Positions 24,444-35,761 of a stretch of DNA of 58,831 bases are shown piece by piece; positions within the stretch are counted from its first letter, which is position 1, and each line of letters starts with the position of its first letter. The translations under genes and the position numbers were made by a program. Origin of the DNA: Sphaerodactylus townsendi. Taxonomy: Eukaryota. The notes under the pieces were generated by a model. The model did no database searches, was not told the origin of the DNA, and saw nothing but the letters and a program-made list of their open reading frames with translations. Location: the NCBI RefSeq assembly GCF_021028975.2, contig NC_059427.1, positions 8,437,170 through 8,496,000 of the forward strand, written 5' to 3'.

Positions 24444-24860
24444 GAAGTATGGGCAAGAGGGCTGGAGAATTCCAGGAGCCATCATCCAAAGATGTTCAGA
24501 AGGAAGAATCTACAGGAAATGTCAAGAATCCAGAAGGAATCAAGAGGAAAGAGGAAAATATCAAGGTCGAGAGGGGAAATAAAACAATTGCTTGTCAAGA
24601 AGGGGACTTCCGTGAAATCCCAGGCCAAGAAGAAAGGCCAACCAAAAAAAGCAGAAATAAAGGCCTCTATGCTAACCAGACGATCCGTTCCAGCAGAAAT
24701 GAAAACAAAAGTGTGGCTTTTGGAAAAACCTTCATTCAGAAAGCGAATATTGTTTCCCAAAAACATATTTGTGCAGGAGAGAAGCCACATGATTGCCTGC
24801 AGTATGGAAAGAGTTTCTATCTTCTAACAACTCTTACTTCGCATCAAAGAAGTCACTCAG
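24444..24860 (+). CDS. Gene C exon 3: truncated terminal-type exon (spacer + one degenerate finger)
   Basis: CAGTAG acceptor; ends HQRSHS-G at TCAG|GTGAGA, phase 1-1; homologous to the 5' part of the gene B terminal exon. Confidence 0.75.
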
Positions 24861-24996
24861 GTGAGAATGATGTTCTCTGATGCTATAGACTTTAATGTAC
24901 ATTTAATGTACAGCAGAAAGGAGTCAATGCAACTTCAGGTGCAGATCAGACCTCTTTGCATGGGTGCTAATGGAATCTCTCTCTTTATTCCTGCAG

Positions 24997-25961
24997 GGGA
25001 TGTTCAGGAGAAAGAGGAAGATGAAGAACTGCATCAATTATTGCCACATAAAGCTAAGCCTGAGGAACCGAAAGAAAACTTCAGCAATCAAGATGAACCC
25101 AAGAGGCAGGAAGGAAACCACATGGCTGAGAAGAGGGATGAGCAGGGGATTTACGAGAAAGCAGGGGATTTCTGTGAAATAATTCACCCAGTGGAGGAAA
25201 CTTTCAAGTGCTTGGAGTGTGGAGTGAACTTTTCAGATCAAACTCAGTATAATATCCATTTGCAAATGCACAGTAGAATGAAGATCCATAAATGCTTGCA
25301 CTGTGAAAAAAGTTTCCTTTGCAGAGCAGACCTCCTTACACATCACCAGATCCACACAGAAGAGAAACCATATAGTTGCTCAGAATGTGACAAGAGCTTT
25401 TCACAGAGAACACACCTTATTCAGCACCAAAGAATTCATACAGGAGAGAAGCCATATAAATGCTCAGAGTGTGGAAAGAGCTTCAAGTGGAATGTCACTT
25501 TTCAGCAGCATCTAAGAACCCACGCAGGGGAGAAATCTTTTCAATGTTCAGAGTGTGGCAAGAGCTTCAAGTGGAATGTCTCTTTTCAGCGGCATCTAAG
25601 AACCCACGCAGGGGAGAAACCTTTCCAGTGCTCACAGTGTGGAAAGAAATTCAGTCAGAGTCGCTATCTTCAACAGCATCTTAGAACCCATGCAGGAGAG
25701 AAACCTTTTGAATGCTCTGAGTGTGGAATGAAGTTCAACTGGAATGGCAATCTTCAGCGACATCAAAGAACCCACACAGGGGAGAAACCTTTTGAATGCT
25801 CAGAGTGTGGAAAGAGGTTCATTCAAAAATCCTGCCTTCAACAACATCAAAGAATGCACATGAGGAAAAATCACATAGCTGCTCAGCCAATTGCAAGAGC
25901 TTCTTTCCTATTTCCCACTTTAAAGATAGCCACAGAGTCCACACAAGTTGAAACCATATAA
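24997..25961 (+). CDS. Gene C terminal exon: 8 C2H2 fingers
   Basis: CTGCAG acceptor at 24996, in frame; canonical fingers; stop at 25959-25961. Confidence 0.92.
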
Positions 25962-27035
25962 ACTCTGGGAAAGATCTTGCATCTGAACAGAGACCTTACC
26001 ATAACCATTGATACCAAAATGTTTTTTCAGCCCAGGTATAAATACTCAGATGATGGAAAGAGTTTTAGCCATGACTGAGGTGCAAACATATCACATAGGA
26101 AAGAAAGCAAAGATGTGTTCTGATAGTGGAAGAAGGCCGAAATATGGAGGGCTCAGAACATACTTTCACAAGGAAGGGCCTTTTAGTGATTTCCTTTCTC
26201 TCTGAAAATGAAATCTGGAAGACTGGCAGCAACATTTTCATTTGTAAAATCCTGTGAAAAAAATAGAGAAGTTGTGAATAGTACATATATACAGTCTATC
26301 TGTGACTGATATAAAAGTGTGAACAACTGGTTTTCCTAATTGACAGATGTTTCCATCTGGCAAGGAGTCCTGAGTCTTCACAATCCAGGGGGAGATGTGG
26401 ATGTGAAGAAGTACACCCTTGCATTGAGACCCTGTCTTCTCCAAAATGGAGACTTTTGAAAAGTATACCTTTTCAGAAGGTTCTACTTGCCTCACCCATA
26501 CAGACTGTCTGGGTATCTTGCCTGCCCATCATCCTGGTGCCAGGGTAGGAGTGTCCCTGCTGCTGACCCTGACAGGAAGATGACAGGATTCAGTCCTTGT
26601 TGCTTTGCCCTGCTTTCTAACCTTGGGGTCTTTCTCCCCTTTGAATGAGAGCTATCCTGGATGTGCTGGTCTTTGACATCCCTTTCTTTTACAACTCTCC
26701 CCTAATTAGCTGCAGCAGGGGTCTGAGGCCACACTGGAGAAATCAAGGTTTGATTCTAGCTTAGGAGAGGAAAGGTCAATTCTCTTGGGTACTGATGTCC
26801 ACCTTCCCTGTTGGGTGATGAGGTGGGGTCTTTGGGAATAGAAGAAAAGAGCATCAACAAATACATCCAAATCAGCTAAATGTGTCCTGAGTCACATTTT
26901 GAATGAAGCTTTCTTGCTGAAGGGTCTTAGAAAGAACTTAGTGGACATTAAAAACAGAAAGGCCACACTTGGCTCTAGGTAGTATGGAGAGACCTTGTAG
27001 ATTTGTTCACTGGAGGAAAAGGAGTAGTAGTAGTA

Positions 27036-27262
27036 GTTTGGATTTGTTCCCCACCTTTCTCAACTGTAAGGAATCAAAGTAGCTGACAAACTTCTTCCCT
27101 TCCTTTCCCCACAAGAGACACCTTGTGAGGTTGGTGGGGCTGAGAGAGTTCTCAGAGAACTATGAGGAGCCCAAGGGCACCCAGCAGGTTTCATATGGAG
27201 AATTCAAGAATCAAAACCAGTTCTCCAGATCAGAGCCCACTGCATTCAACCACTACACCATA
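27036..27262 (-). mobile_element. tRNA-derived squamate SINE
   Basis: Reverse complement of the SINE family, with a (TAG)n tail. Confidence 0.7.
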
Positions 27263-28938
27263 CTGGGTTGGGAAAGGAGGAGAAAGTCCCCTGAGAGGGA
27301 ACAGCAGAAGAAGGCATGATGAACATTTCACCACAGATCCTTATACCTCTTGAGGAGGAATTGCCAAGAAATTCTGACAGGACACTGTAGGCTAATAGGC
27401 CCATCACACAGAGTTTGGACCTAGGATGTCCTGAATCCTATGCCTCAGCTCTCAACAATACAGCTCTCAACAGGGAGATACACATCCAAGGCTTTTTTAG
27501 TGGTGAGATTAATCATGTACTTTAGCTGACCTGAACCCAGCTTAGACTGGGGAGGGCAGGGTGTTAAATGTCATAAAAATAAAAATATATAGCCTTTCAA
27601 AATGTTAGATTATATCTTTAATTATGTGGGGAAAGTGCAGGTTATGTGGGTTATTTAAGCACCCCCAGTCTGTTAGTGGAGTTGGGACACAAGAGAGGGA
27701 GAGACAAACAGAAACCTTTTTGGTTGACAGATTATGTGCCTTCCTAAATATTAGCTCATGTGTTTTATTCCCATAAAATAAATGGGTGGATTGTATGGCA
27801 TTATACCCTACTTGAGGTCTCTGTCCTCCCCAGAATTCATCCCCAAAGCCCCAGGAGTTTCCCAATATGGCAATCCTGCCTCCCCATCCCTGCAAATGGT
27901 CAGGGAAACCCTATGCACCATATTAGATCAAACACTGGAAACCAGCAGTCTTTGGGTCCCTCAAGAATGAAAGGGGAGTTCAAATCTCTCCGGCCTACCT
28001 TCCTGTTTTGGGTCCAAGGCTCCCTGACTGGGCCAGCTGTTTCTTGCCAGATCCTTCAGGGCTTGAGTCTCATGAAACAGAGTGGTCTGCCAGGCAGAGG
28101 CCACTGCTGAAAAGGCCCTGGAAATGGCAAAAGTCAGGCTATTAGAAGTACAGGGACTGTCTTGGTTCCTACCGTGGTTGGGGAAAAGAAGGATAATATC
28201 AATGTTTCAGTATTCAAAAGCGATCACTTCTGCTTGAGAGGTGCTCATCCCTTTTCCCAAAGGGGTGTGTGGTGAGAGAAACTGGACCCTTCATATTCTT
28301 CCTTGTCCTGAACGTGATGGAATTGCTGACATGCTGAAACCATCCCACCCCCGACATTCCCTAGATCAATGATGGCAGCCCTATAATACATGTATCAAAC
28401 GTGGCATGCCAGCATTAATCAACACTGAACAACAACTATTCTCCCAGTTTGAGTCATTTTTGTAATTATTTAATGCTCCTTTATATAATACATAGCACCA
28501 CACATGACTGAACTGTATTTTTAAAAAATAAATGAGTATGTTAAGAATTGTTTCTTTTGTTGTGGTGTGTGTGTGTGTGTGTTTGACATGCCAACGGAGT
28601 CAAGTTAGGCATTTTCTGAATCATGCTGGTGTTCACCGAGGCTTCATGTTCCCTGGATCTGATCTGAGCTGGTTGATCTGTCCCAGAAAGTGGGGCTAGG
28701 TAGGAGATCCGGTTTTTCATGTCCCATAGGATCCCAGAGATCTGTCTCATTCCACGCGCTTTTGACTCTGGAATTTTGTGGGAGTCTTAACAGTATCTCT
28801 GCTGGAGTCTCAGTTCAGATCTGGATCGCAAGAGTCCTGGAGGCATTGGATGGGATTACTCCCTGGTGCCCTCTCCAAACATGAACCTGGTGGCACCGTG
28901 GCATCGCATCAGGGGTGGGCGGAGAATAGATGTAATTA

Positions 28939-29079
28939 GGCCCCTTCCGCACACGCAAAATAATGCGTTTTCAAACCACTTTCACAACTGTTTGCAAGTG
29001 GATTTTGCCATTCCGCACAGCTTCAAAGAGCACTGAAAGCAGTTTGAAAGTGCATTATTCTGCATGTGCGGAATGAGCC
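28939..29079. mobile_element. Short palindromic MITE (PIF/Harbinger-like termini)
   Basis: GGCCCCTTCCGCACACGCAAAATAATGC ... GCATTATTCTGCATGTGCGGAATGAGCC inverted termini; superfamily is inferred. Confidence 0.6.
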
Positions 29080-29422
29080 CAATAAAATAAATAAAAATCG
29101 ATTCAGAGACGGGAGAGTTAAAGAATTTGGAAAATGTCTCGATTGAGAGTGGAAATCACTGACTAGCTGAACGTGACCTAGCTGCTCTTGGTCCCTTGTC
29201 TCAGGTGGTGCTAAAATCAAGCTGTTGCTCCACCGCCTGGACTGCGAGGATCCTTGAGACGTTGCATGGGATGGGATCAGAGGACCTTTTCCCCAGGACT
29301 CTGCTGCCTTTTGGTTTGAAAGCCACACCCGGTGGGGGGGGGCGGGGGGAGGATCTAGGCTGCGCAATACAGGATTGTGAGGAATAGGGTTGCCAACCTC
29401 CAGGTTGCTTGCGCGGGCTTTA

Positions 29423-29546
29423 GAGAGTTAACGGGAGAGAGCTGCGTAGCTTACAGAGCATGCACAAATCCTCCCACTTCCGTCTTTTGATAGCGGCTGG
29501 AGGGTCGCAGCTGCAGCCGGACTGGGAGACGCCTGGAAGGGTAACG
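29423..29546 (+). promoter_or_regulatory. Putative promoter / non-coding exon 1 of gene D (donor GTAACG at 29541)
   Basis: CpG-rich; ETS-like CACTTCCG at 29475; GCCTGGAAGG|GTAACG. Confidence 0.55.
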
Positions 29547-30220
29547 ATCTGTGGGGCAGGGAAAGAAGGAGCTCCCCCCAGGCTGGGCGGTCCTGCGAAG
29601 GGGTCTCTCTGGGTCTCGCCAGCCTAGCAGGAGGAGATCAGATTGCCCCTTCTTTGCTTCCGAGGAGGGTTGCCGGATCAGGATCCTTCCCTCTGAACTG
29701 GCGCCAATTTGGAGCCCGGAGCCAAGAAGCACAGATTCTTTTCTTGGTTTTGCAGGCGAATGTTCTGGTAAAAGCAAAGGAGTTGGGGTTGCCACAGCCC
29801 CCCGGGCTACCAGCGGGAGATGGGGGCGGATTAGGGTTGCCAGATCCATGTTGAGAGGAACTCCTGGAGATTTGGGGGTGGAGCGTGCGGGGGCCCAGAG
29901 GAATACAATGCCACGGCGTCCACCCGCCAAAGCACCCCCTTTCTCCAGGGGGACTGGTCTCTGCAGTCTGCAGGTGAGCTGTAATTCCGGGTGGATCCCC
30001 AGGTGCTACCTGGAGGTTAGCATTCCTAACAGGAGCTGGGCAGGCTGGAGTTTCTCCCGGTCGCTTGGTAACCCCAGCGGAAAGGTGTGTAGACTGCAAG
30101 GCAGAGTGTTGTATGGCTACAGAGGGCTTTGCTGTGGAGGAGGGGGAAATCTGTAGGACAAAATATAGCCCTGCTGGGAGGATTTCAGCATCTGCTCTCC
30201 TGAAAGGAATCTTTTCTCTG

Positions 30221-30430
30221 GTTCTGATGGGTTTTCCGGGCTGTGTGGCCGTGGTCTGGTGGATTTTGTTCCTAACTTTTCACCTGCATCTGTGGCTGGC
30301 ATCGTCAGAGGTGTATCAGATACAGCCACAGATGCAGGCGAAACGTTAGGAACAAAATCCACCAGTCCACGGCCACACAGCCTGGAAAACCCACCAGAAC
30401 CAGTTGAATCCGGCCGTGAAAGCCTTCGAC
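30221..30430. mobile_element. Penelope-like element inverted terminal repeats with a hammerhead-ribozyme motif
   Basis: ~81-bp inverted arms 30218-30298 / 30323-30403; flanking duplication AATCTTTTCTCTG; empty paralogous site at ~43948-43980. Confidence 0.85.
30268..30311 (-). ncRNA. Minimal type I hammerhead ribozyme motif (mutated)
   Basis: Minus strand: CCT-CTGACGA-TGCC-agccacagatgca-GGT-GAAA-AGTT-AGG; core boxes present, stem III base altered. Confidence 0.6.
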
Positions 30431-32243
30431 AATCTTTTCTCTGTTATGGTAAATGGGATTGCTTTGGAGCAGGAGGAGGTGCCTGAATAATACTTGGAGG
30501 TGGGGACCATGCTTGGAGGTGGGGTCAGAGCTGTTGTGTATCACATGGGTTGCAACCCAATTCCATTTTGTCTCCTGAATTTTGTCTTTCTCAGTCCTCC
30601 CTCTTGGTTGGGCAAATCAGGAGAGACACGGATGGAAAATCTGAGTCTAGAGAAAGGTCAGGAATCCCTTTCCTTCAAGGTGAGATCCTCAGAAAAAGAG
30701 GCCAGAAGTCTTTACTGAGTGAAGTGGGCATAGTCTCTTTTGAGGAATTACATATGACTGTCGTTTATTAGGAAGGGTGTTCATATCCTGGAAATTCTGC
30801 AGTCACTACATTTGCTATTGATTAATTTCCGGTCTGCAGGCCTTCCTCTGCCATCATCCTCTGGCCTGACAGCTGTGCCCATTCAAGCGTGGCCTTTTGA
30901 AACCCCCCCTACCCAACTTGTGAAATTGGTGGTGGCCTGTGCACAGCATTCTCTTCAGTGGCCCCAGGGGGTGGAGCATCCTGCCTGCCCCTGCCAGCCA
31001 GTGTATCTCAACCCAAATATCATTTCTTAGACTGTGAAAGGAAGACATTTTCTGGAGGCCGGAGACTTTCACAAAGGTGGGAAATTCTCAGGCAACTGTA
31101 GCCCATTTGGCAGGGTGTGCATATTTCAGAGGTTCTGCAATTATTATTGTTGTTGTTGTTGTTGTTGTTATTTATATTTATAAACCGCCCTCCCCCGGAG
31201 GGCTCAGGGTGGTGAACAAACAAATAGATAGAGCACAGATAAAATCAATAATATCGATATTTAAATAAATCATTAAATAATGGCTCTATATATATTAAAA
31301 CCAACCCCATTAAAAATGCAATCACTGCATATCCTTTTGATTAATTTCCAGCCTTGGACACAAAAATCTTCCGGCCTGCCTCTCCCATCAGGCTCTGCTG
31401 GGGCAGCTGTGTCCATCTGAGAGCGCCATGTTGAAGGGGCCACCCTTCAGGTGAGTAAGATGGCTGGCTGGCTGCCAGATAGGGTATTACCTGTGGTGAT
31501 CCCAGAGCAGGGAGCAGCCTGCCTGCCAGTCTCCCACCCAAATGGTTTTCCCCAGACTGCAGAAGGAGGAATTTTTCAGGAGGAGGTTTTCATAAAGAAG
31601 GAATATTGTTGTCCTTTTCATGTTAGGTGATAGATTTTAAAATCTGTTCTTTGTAAATTTGTAATCTGCCCTGAGCATTATCAGCAAAACAGGACTTGAA
31701 CAAAATAGGTCAGCAGAGCAAACCTGGTGGTCAGGGTAAGGCAGCTTCAAGGGTCTCTATCTTGGATGGCGTTTGCTGATACGACAATTCTACATCAATT
31801 CCAATAAATGAAATCAATGTATAGGTAAGGTCAGCTGGTAGAGCCCTTTGGGGATGAGGCGGCCTATAAAATCAAATAAATAAATAAATAAATAAATAAA
31901 GTTCTGAGGGCAGCCATGAAAAGAAATCCTGAATGTTTTAAGTAGCATCTTATTATGCTTAAAAGTAATGAAGATTTACATATGAATTGTGCATATGAGA
32001 AGAAAATCATGTTGGGACCATTATGCCAGATGCTGAGTGTGTCTGTTCTTTCTGCTTCCTACTTCTCCAGGAAGAAGCCCAGTCTGGAAGACAACAGCAG
32101 CTTCTAGATGTTTAAATTTTGTAGCGCTATTCCTGAGGAATCTTTCTGAGGTGAAAATGGAGAAATAAGACTCCACAGGCCTGAAATCGGAGGAGGTTCC
32201 AGAGGGGAGAGGAAAATCCCTTCATGTCCTTCAGGCTGGAAAT

Positions 32244-32879
32244 ATGAAGCAATTCCTGAAAAGGAGACAGGGAGATTTGATGCATCGGCACACAGGGAAG
32301 GGTTCCCTTTCCCTTGCTCAGTGGGAAGCGCAGTGGCAGGAGTTCCTTAGGACAGTGGAAAACCCTCATTTTGGATGGGGAATCCCACACATGCCAAAAA
32401 AGCAGTCCCCGTGGGAGGATGCCAAGGCCTTTCTGGCCTCCTTTGAACAAGTGGCCGAAGCCTGTCAGTGGCCAAAGGAAGAGTGGGTGACGCAACTCCT
32501 GCCAGCCCTCAGTGGAGAGGCCGAAAAAGACTTTAATAGTCTGGATGTCCAAGACAGAGAGGATTATGGGAGGGTGAAGGCAGCCATCTTGCGAGGAGAT
32601 GCCCTGAGTCGGGAAAAGCATCGTGAAGAGTTCAGGCGTTTCTGCTACCAGGTGGCAGAGGGGCCAAGAGGAGCCTACAGCCGACTGCGGGAAATGTGCC
32701 ACGGGTGGCTGAGAGTTGAGAATCACAGCAAGGAGCAGATCCTGGAAATCTTGATCCTGGAGCAGCTTCTGAGTATCCTGCCCATGGAGATCCAGAGCCA
32801 GGTGAGGGAGAGTGGCCCTGAAAATTGCTCCCAGGCGGTGGCCCTGGCTGAAGAGATCCTCTTGAAACAGGAGAAGCAG
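32244..32879 (+). CDS. Gene D first coding exon: capsid-like region + SCAN (ancestral ATG 32157 is followed by an in-frame TAA)
   Basis: Acceptor CTCCAG at 32070; SCAN motifs; donor CAG|GTGAGG at 32880. Confidence 0.85.
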
Positions 32880-33106
32880 GTGAGGCCTTTCTGCTGTGCG
32901 GATCCTGAGTGTGGGAGGGCCTGGAGTGGAGCAGGGACTGAGATCTGTGTCCATATTGGTGGGAGAGGAATGGAAGAGAGAGAAGGGGAATGCCAGGGTG
33001 TGATGTAAGAGTCTGTTGCCTCGTTCCCCTGGAAGCTGAATTCAGAATTTCTGCGTGGGGAGGAATTCTCTCTCAATCTGCCAATCAATGTTTGGTCAGT
33101 CTAGAA

Positions 33107-33270
33107 CAGCAGTTCTTTAGGGGTTGGATGACCCTTTCACAGGGGTCACCTAAGTCTCTCTGCATCAGTGTTCCCCATCTGTAAAATGAATCAGTGTTAG
33201 GGCTGGGGATCACCACAACTTGAGGAACTGTATTAAAGGATCGCGGGATTAGGAAGGTTGAGAACCACTG
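33107..33270 (+). mobile_element. SPIN/URR1-type hAT MITE
   Basis: GACCCTTTCACAGGGGTCACCTAAG and ACCACAACTTGAGGAACTGTATTAAAGGATCGCGGGATTAGGAAGGTTGAGAACCACTG resemble SPIN ends as recalled; perfect TSD GTCTAGAA. Confidence 0.85.
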
Positions 33271-33822
33271 GTCTAGAAGGTGTGGCCCTCCCCCTGAAAG
33301 AGCAGGTCTTGAGGTCCTGGGTGTTCTAGATTCCTACCCCTTTTGCCATCTTCACAAGTGACTGGTGTGTTCGGGAGCATCGTCTGCATGTTTTGACCAC
33401 GAGAGTTCTGAAGGTCTCCCACCAGATCCCTACTTACTCCTATGCAATTTGGTAAGTAGCAGTGTGTTTGGGGGCTTCTTTATGGTGGCACCTTTCTTGT
33501 GGAAATCGTGGGAGTATATTCAGATAAGCTTATTTTCCATCTTTAAGAAATCTGCTACAAAAAGCTTTCTTTGGGAGGGGGGGGGGCAGGGAATTCATTT
33601 TTACATTAATGGCCCAGTATTGGTGGTTCTGCCTATTATTTGCATCTGCAGCTTATTTATTTTCACGCTGCTTTTAACATTACGTATTTTAAGTTTTTTT
33701 ATTCTGGATATCTTCAGCAATTGAGATAATCTGCTAGATTCTGGCTGAACCCTCCCCTTTCTCCATTCCTCCTCCCCAGTTCTGTCACTCAGCCCTGAAA
33801 GGGTCCCTCTCTGCTGTTGCAG

Positions 33823-33943
33823 GCATCCTTGGAGACTGGGGCCAGGAGTGTCTCTGAGGCAGGCCAGGTTCCCTCTGAGAACGACTGGAGGCATCTCCCA
33901 ATGGAAATCAAGGAAGAAGAGCATGGAGAGGCTGGCCGACTGG
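33823..33943 (+). CDS. Gene D exon 2: degenerate KRAB-A-like exon
   Basis: TTGCAG acceptor, GTAAGG donor; 121 nt; ASLETGARSVSEAGQVPSENDWRHLPMEIKEEEHGEAGRL. Confidence 0.78.
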
Positions 33944-33955
33944 GTAAGGAGAGAT

Positions 33956-34595
33956 CAGAGGCGTAGCTAGGCCAGAGTGCGCCCGGTGTGCACTCTGGTT
34001 TTTTCGCATCCCCCACGCGCCCCCCCCTCCCTGCCTGCCTGTTCTGGTGGAAACTACATTTCCCAGGGTCTCCTGGGAAATGTAGTTCCCACCAGGTCCT
34101 TTGCCGCCTGGAAGGGAACAGGCAGGCCTGTGCTCCAGCCTGCATGGTTTGCTAAAGTAAGTGGGGGGGGGCGCTGTGGGGGGAAATCATGCCCGCCCTA
34201 CCACGACACACACCCCCACAGTTACTTTAGGAAACCGAGCAGGCTGGAGAACAGGCCTGCCTGTGTGGAAACTACATTTCCCAGGACACCCTGGGAAATG
34301 TAGTTCCCACCAGAACAGGCAGCCCTGTTATCCTTCCTGCTCAGTTTGCTAAAGTAAGTGTGGGGAGGGGCGCCGTGGGGGAGGAAATCACACACCCCCG
34401 CCCCCACGACACCCTGGGAAATGTAGTTCCCACCAGAACAGGCAGCCCTGTTATCCTTCCTGCTCAGTTTGCTAAAGTAAGTGGGGGGGGGGGCGTCGCG
34501 GAGGGGGAGGGGGGAATTTTTTGCCCCTCACATGACCCAAAGCTGTGCGCCCGGTGCGTAGTGCACCCCCCCTCCCCCTGGTGGCTTCACCACTG
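33956..34595. mobile_element. hAT-like non-autonomous element with internal tandem and palindromic repeats
   Basis: Termini CAGAGGCGTAGC / GCTTCACCACTG; imperfect 8-bp TSD GGAGAGAT/GGAGGGTT; absent from the paralogous introns of B and E. Confidence 0.75.
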
Positions 34596-35166
34596 GGAGG
34601 GTTGGAGGCCTTCTCAAGCCTGAGATTGGGGAGTCTGGAAGCTCCTTGTGGGGCTAAACTCAGCAGAGGCTACTTTGAGGGCTGGTCTGTCCTTACGTTC
34701 TCCAGGGTATTCTAGGAAAAGTGCTGGTAACTTAAGAACAGCCCAGGTGGACAAGACAAAATGTCCGCTGATTCTTTCCTAGAGTCGTTGGGTTGACAAT
34801 GTTCTAGCTTCTTTCCTATTTATCAGAGGCTAAAAACCTGCAATCCCAAAACTCTGCAGTCCCAGGACAGGATTTTATGTTAAGGGATTTTTAAAAAACT
34901 ACACTATCATAGAAAATCAAAAGATGTGTACAGCAGGTCAAATATGAACTGTGGAGTAATGAATCTTTACCACCTTTCCCCTTTAAAGTACATATGGAGA
35001 GTTGTGGGAGAGAAGGGAAAATCAAACTGGGACAGGAAAGAAGGTGGACAAATGAGAAAGGGCTTGAGGAAGGAATCAAAGTACAAGCCAGGAGGCAGGA
35101 GTGACAAATGTGACACTTGGGGTTTTTTGCGTGCTTCTAACTGGATCTCTGTCTTTATTCCAGCAG

Positions 35167-35583
35167 GAAGTGTAGGTGAGTTGGCCAGGGAATTAGAGGG
35201 GTCACCACTGGTGAAACCCAAGGAGGAAGAGTATGAAAGTAACTTCAGGGATCCTAATGGAATTAAGAAGAAGGACGGAAATGGCAGATTTGAGAGGAGG
35301 GATGAATCCATTCCTTTCCAAGGAGGAGGCTTCCATGAAGTCCCAGTCCAAGAAGAAAAGTCAACCAAAAAGGGAAGGGACAAAGGCCTCCATGATAATC
35401 AAAGAATCCGCTACAGGGAAAAAGAAAATGAAAGCAGGTCCTTTGGAAATACCTTTGGTCAGAGCACAAATATGATTTCCCTGAAACAAATTCCCTCAGG
35501 AGAGAAACCATATAGTTTCCTGGAGTGTGGAAACAATTTTGGCCACAGAACAGCCCTTACTCTGCATCAAAGAATTCATTCAG
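35167..35583 (+). CDS. Gene D exon 3: truncated terminal-type exon
   Basis: CAGCAG acceptor; ends HQRIHS-G at TCAG|GTAAGA; phase 1-1. Confidence 0.78.
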
Positions 35584-35761
35584 GTAAGAAGGCAAACTAA
35601 ATATTCAAGGGTTTAATGATCTCCTCAGATATAGCAGGCTTTAATGTCCATTTGAAGTAGACCAGGAAGAAGTGACTGTAATATGTTGAATGTGGATGGA
35701 AATTCAAAAGCAGAACAGAAGTCATTTAGTGGGTGCTAATGGGATCTCTTTATTCCCATAG

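Noticed and set aside
29451-30156. Several 150-200 aa ORFs in GC-rich promoter/intron 1 regions (also ~4120-4760, 43280-43840, 54330-54950)
   Set aside because: Low stop density from GC content and MITE sequence; frames are not conserved between paralogous copies
34030-34480. Palindromic repeats resembling a CRISPR array
   Set aside because: Vertebrate context, no unique spacers, no cas genes; internal repeats of a hAT-like element
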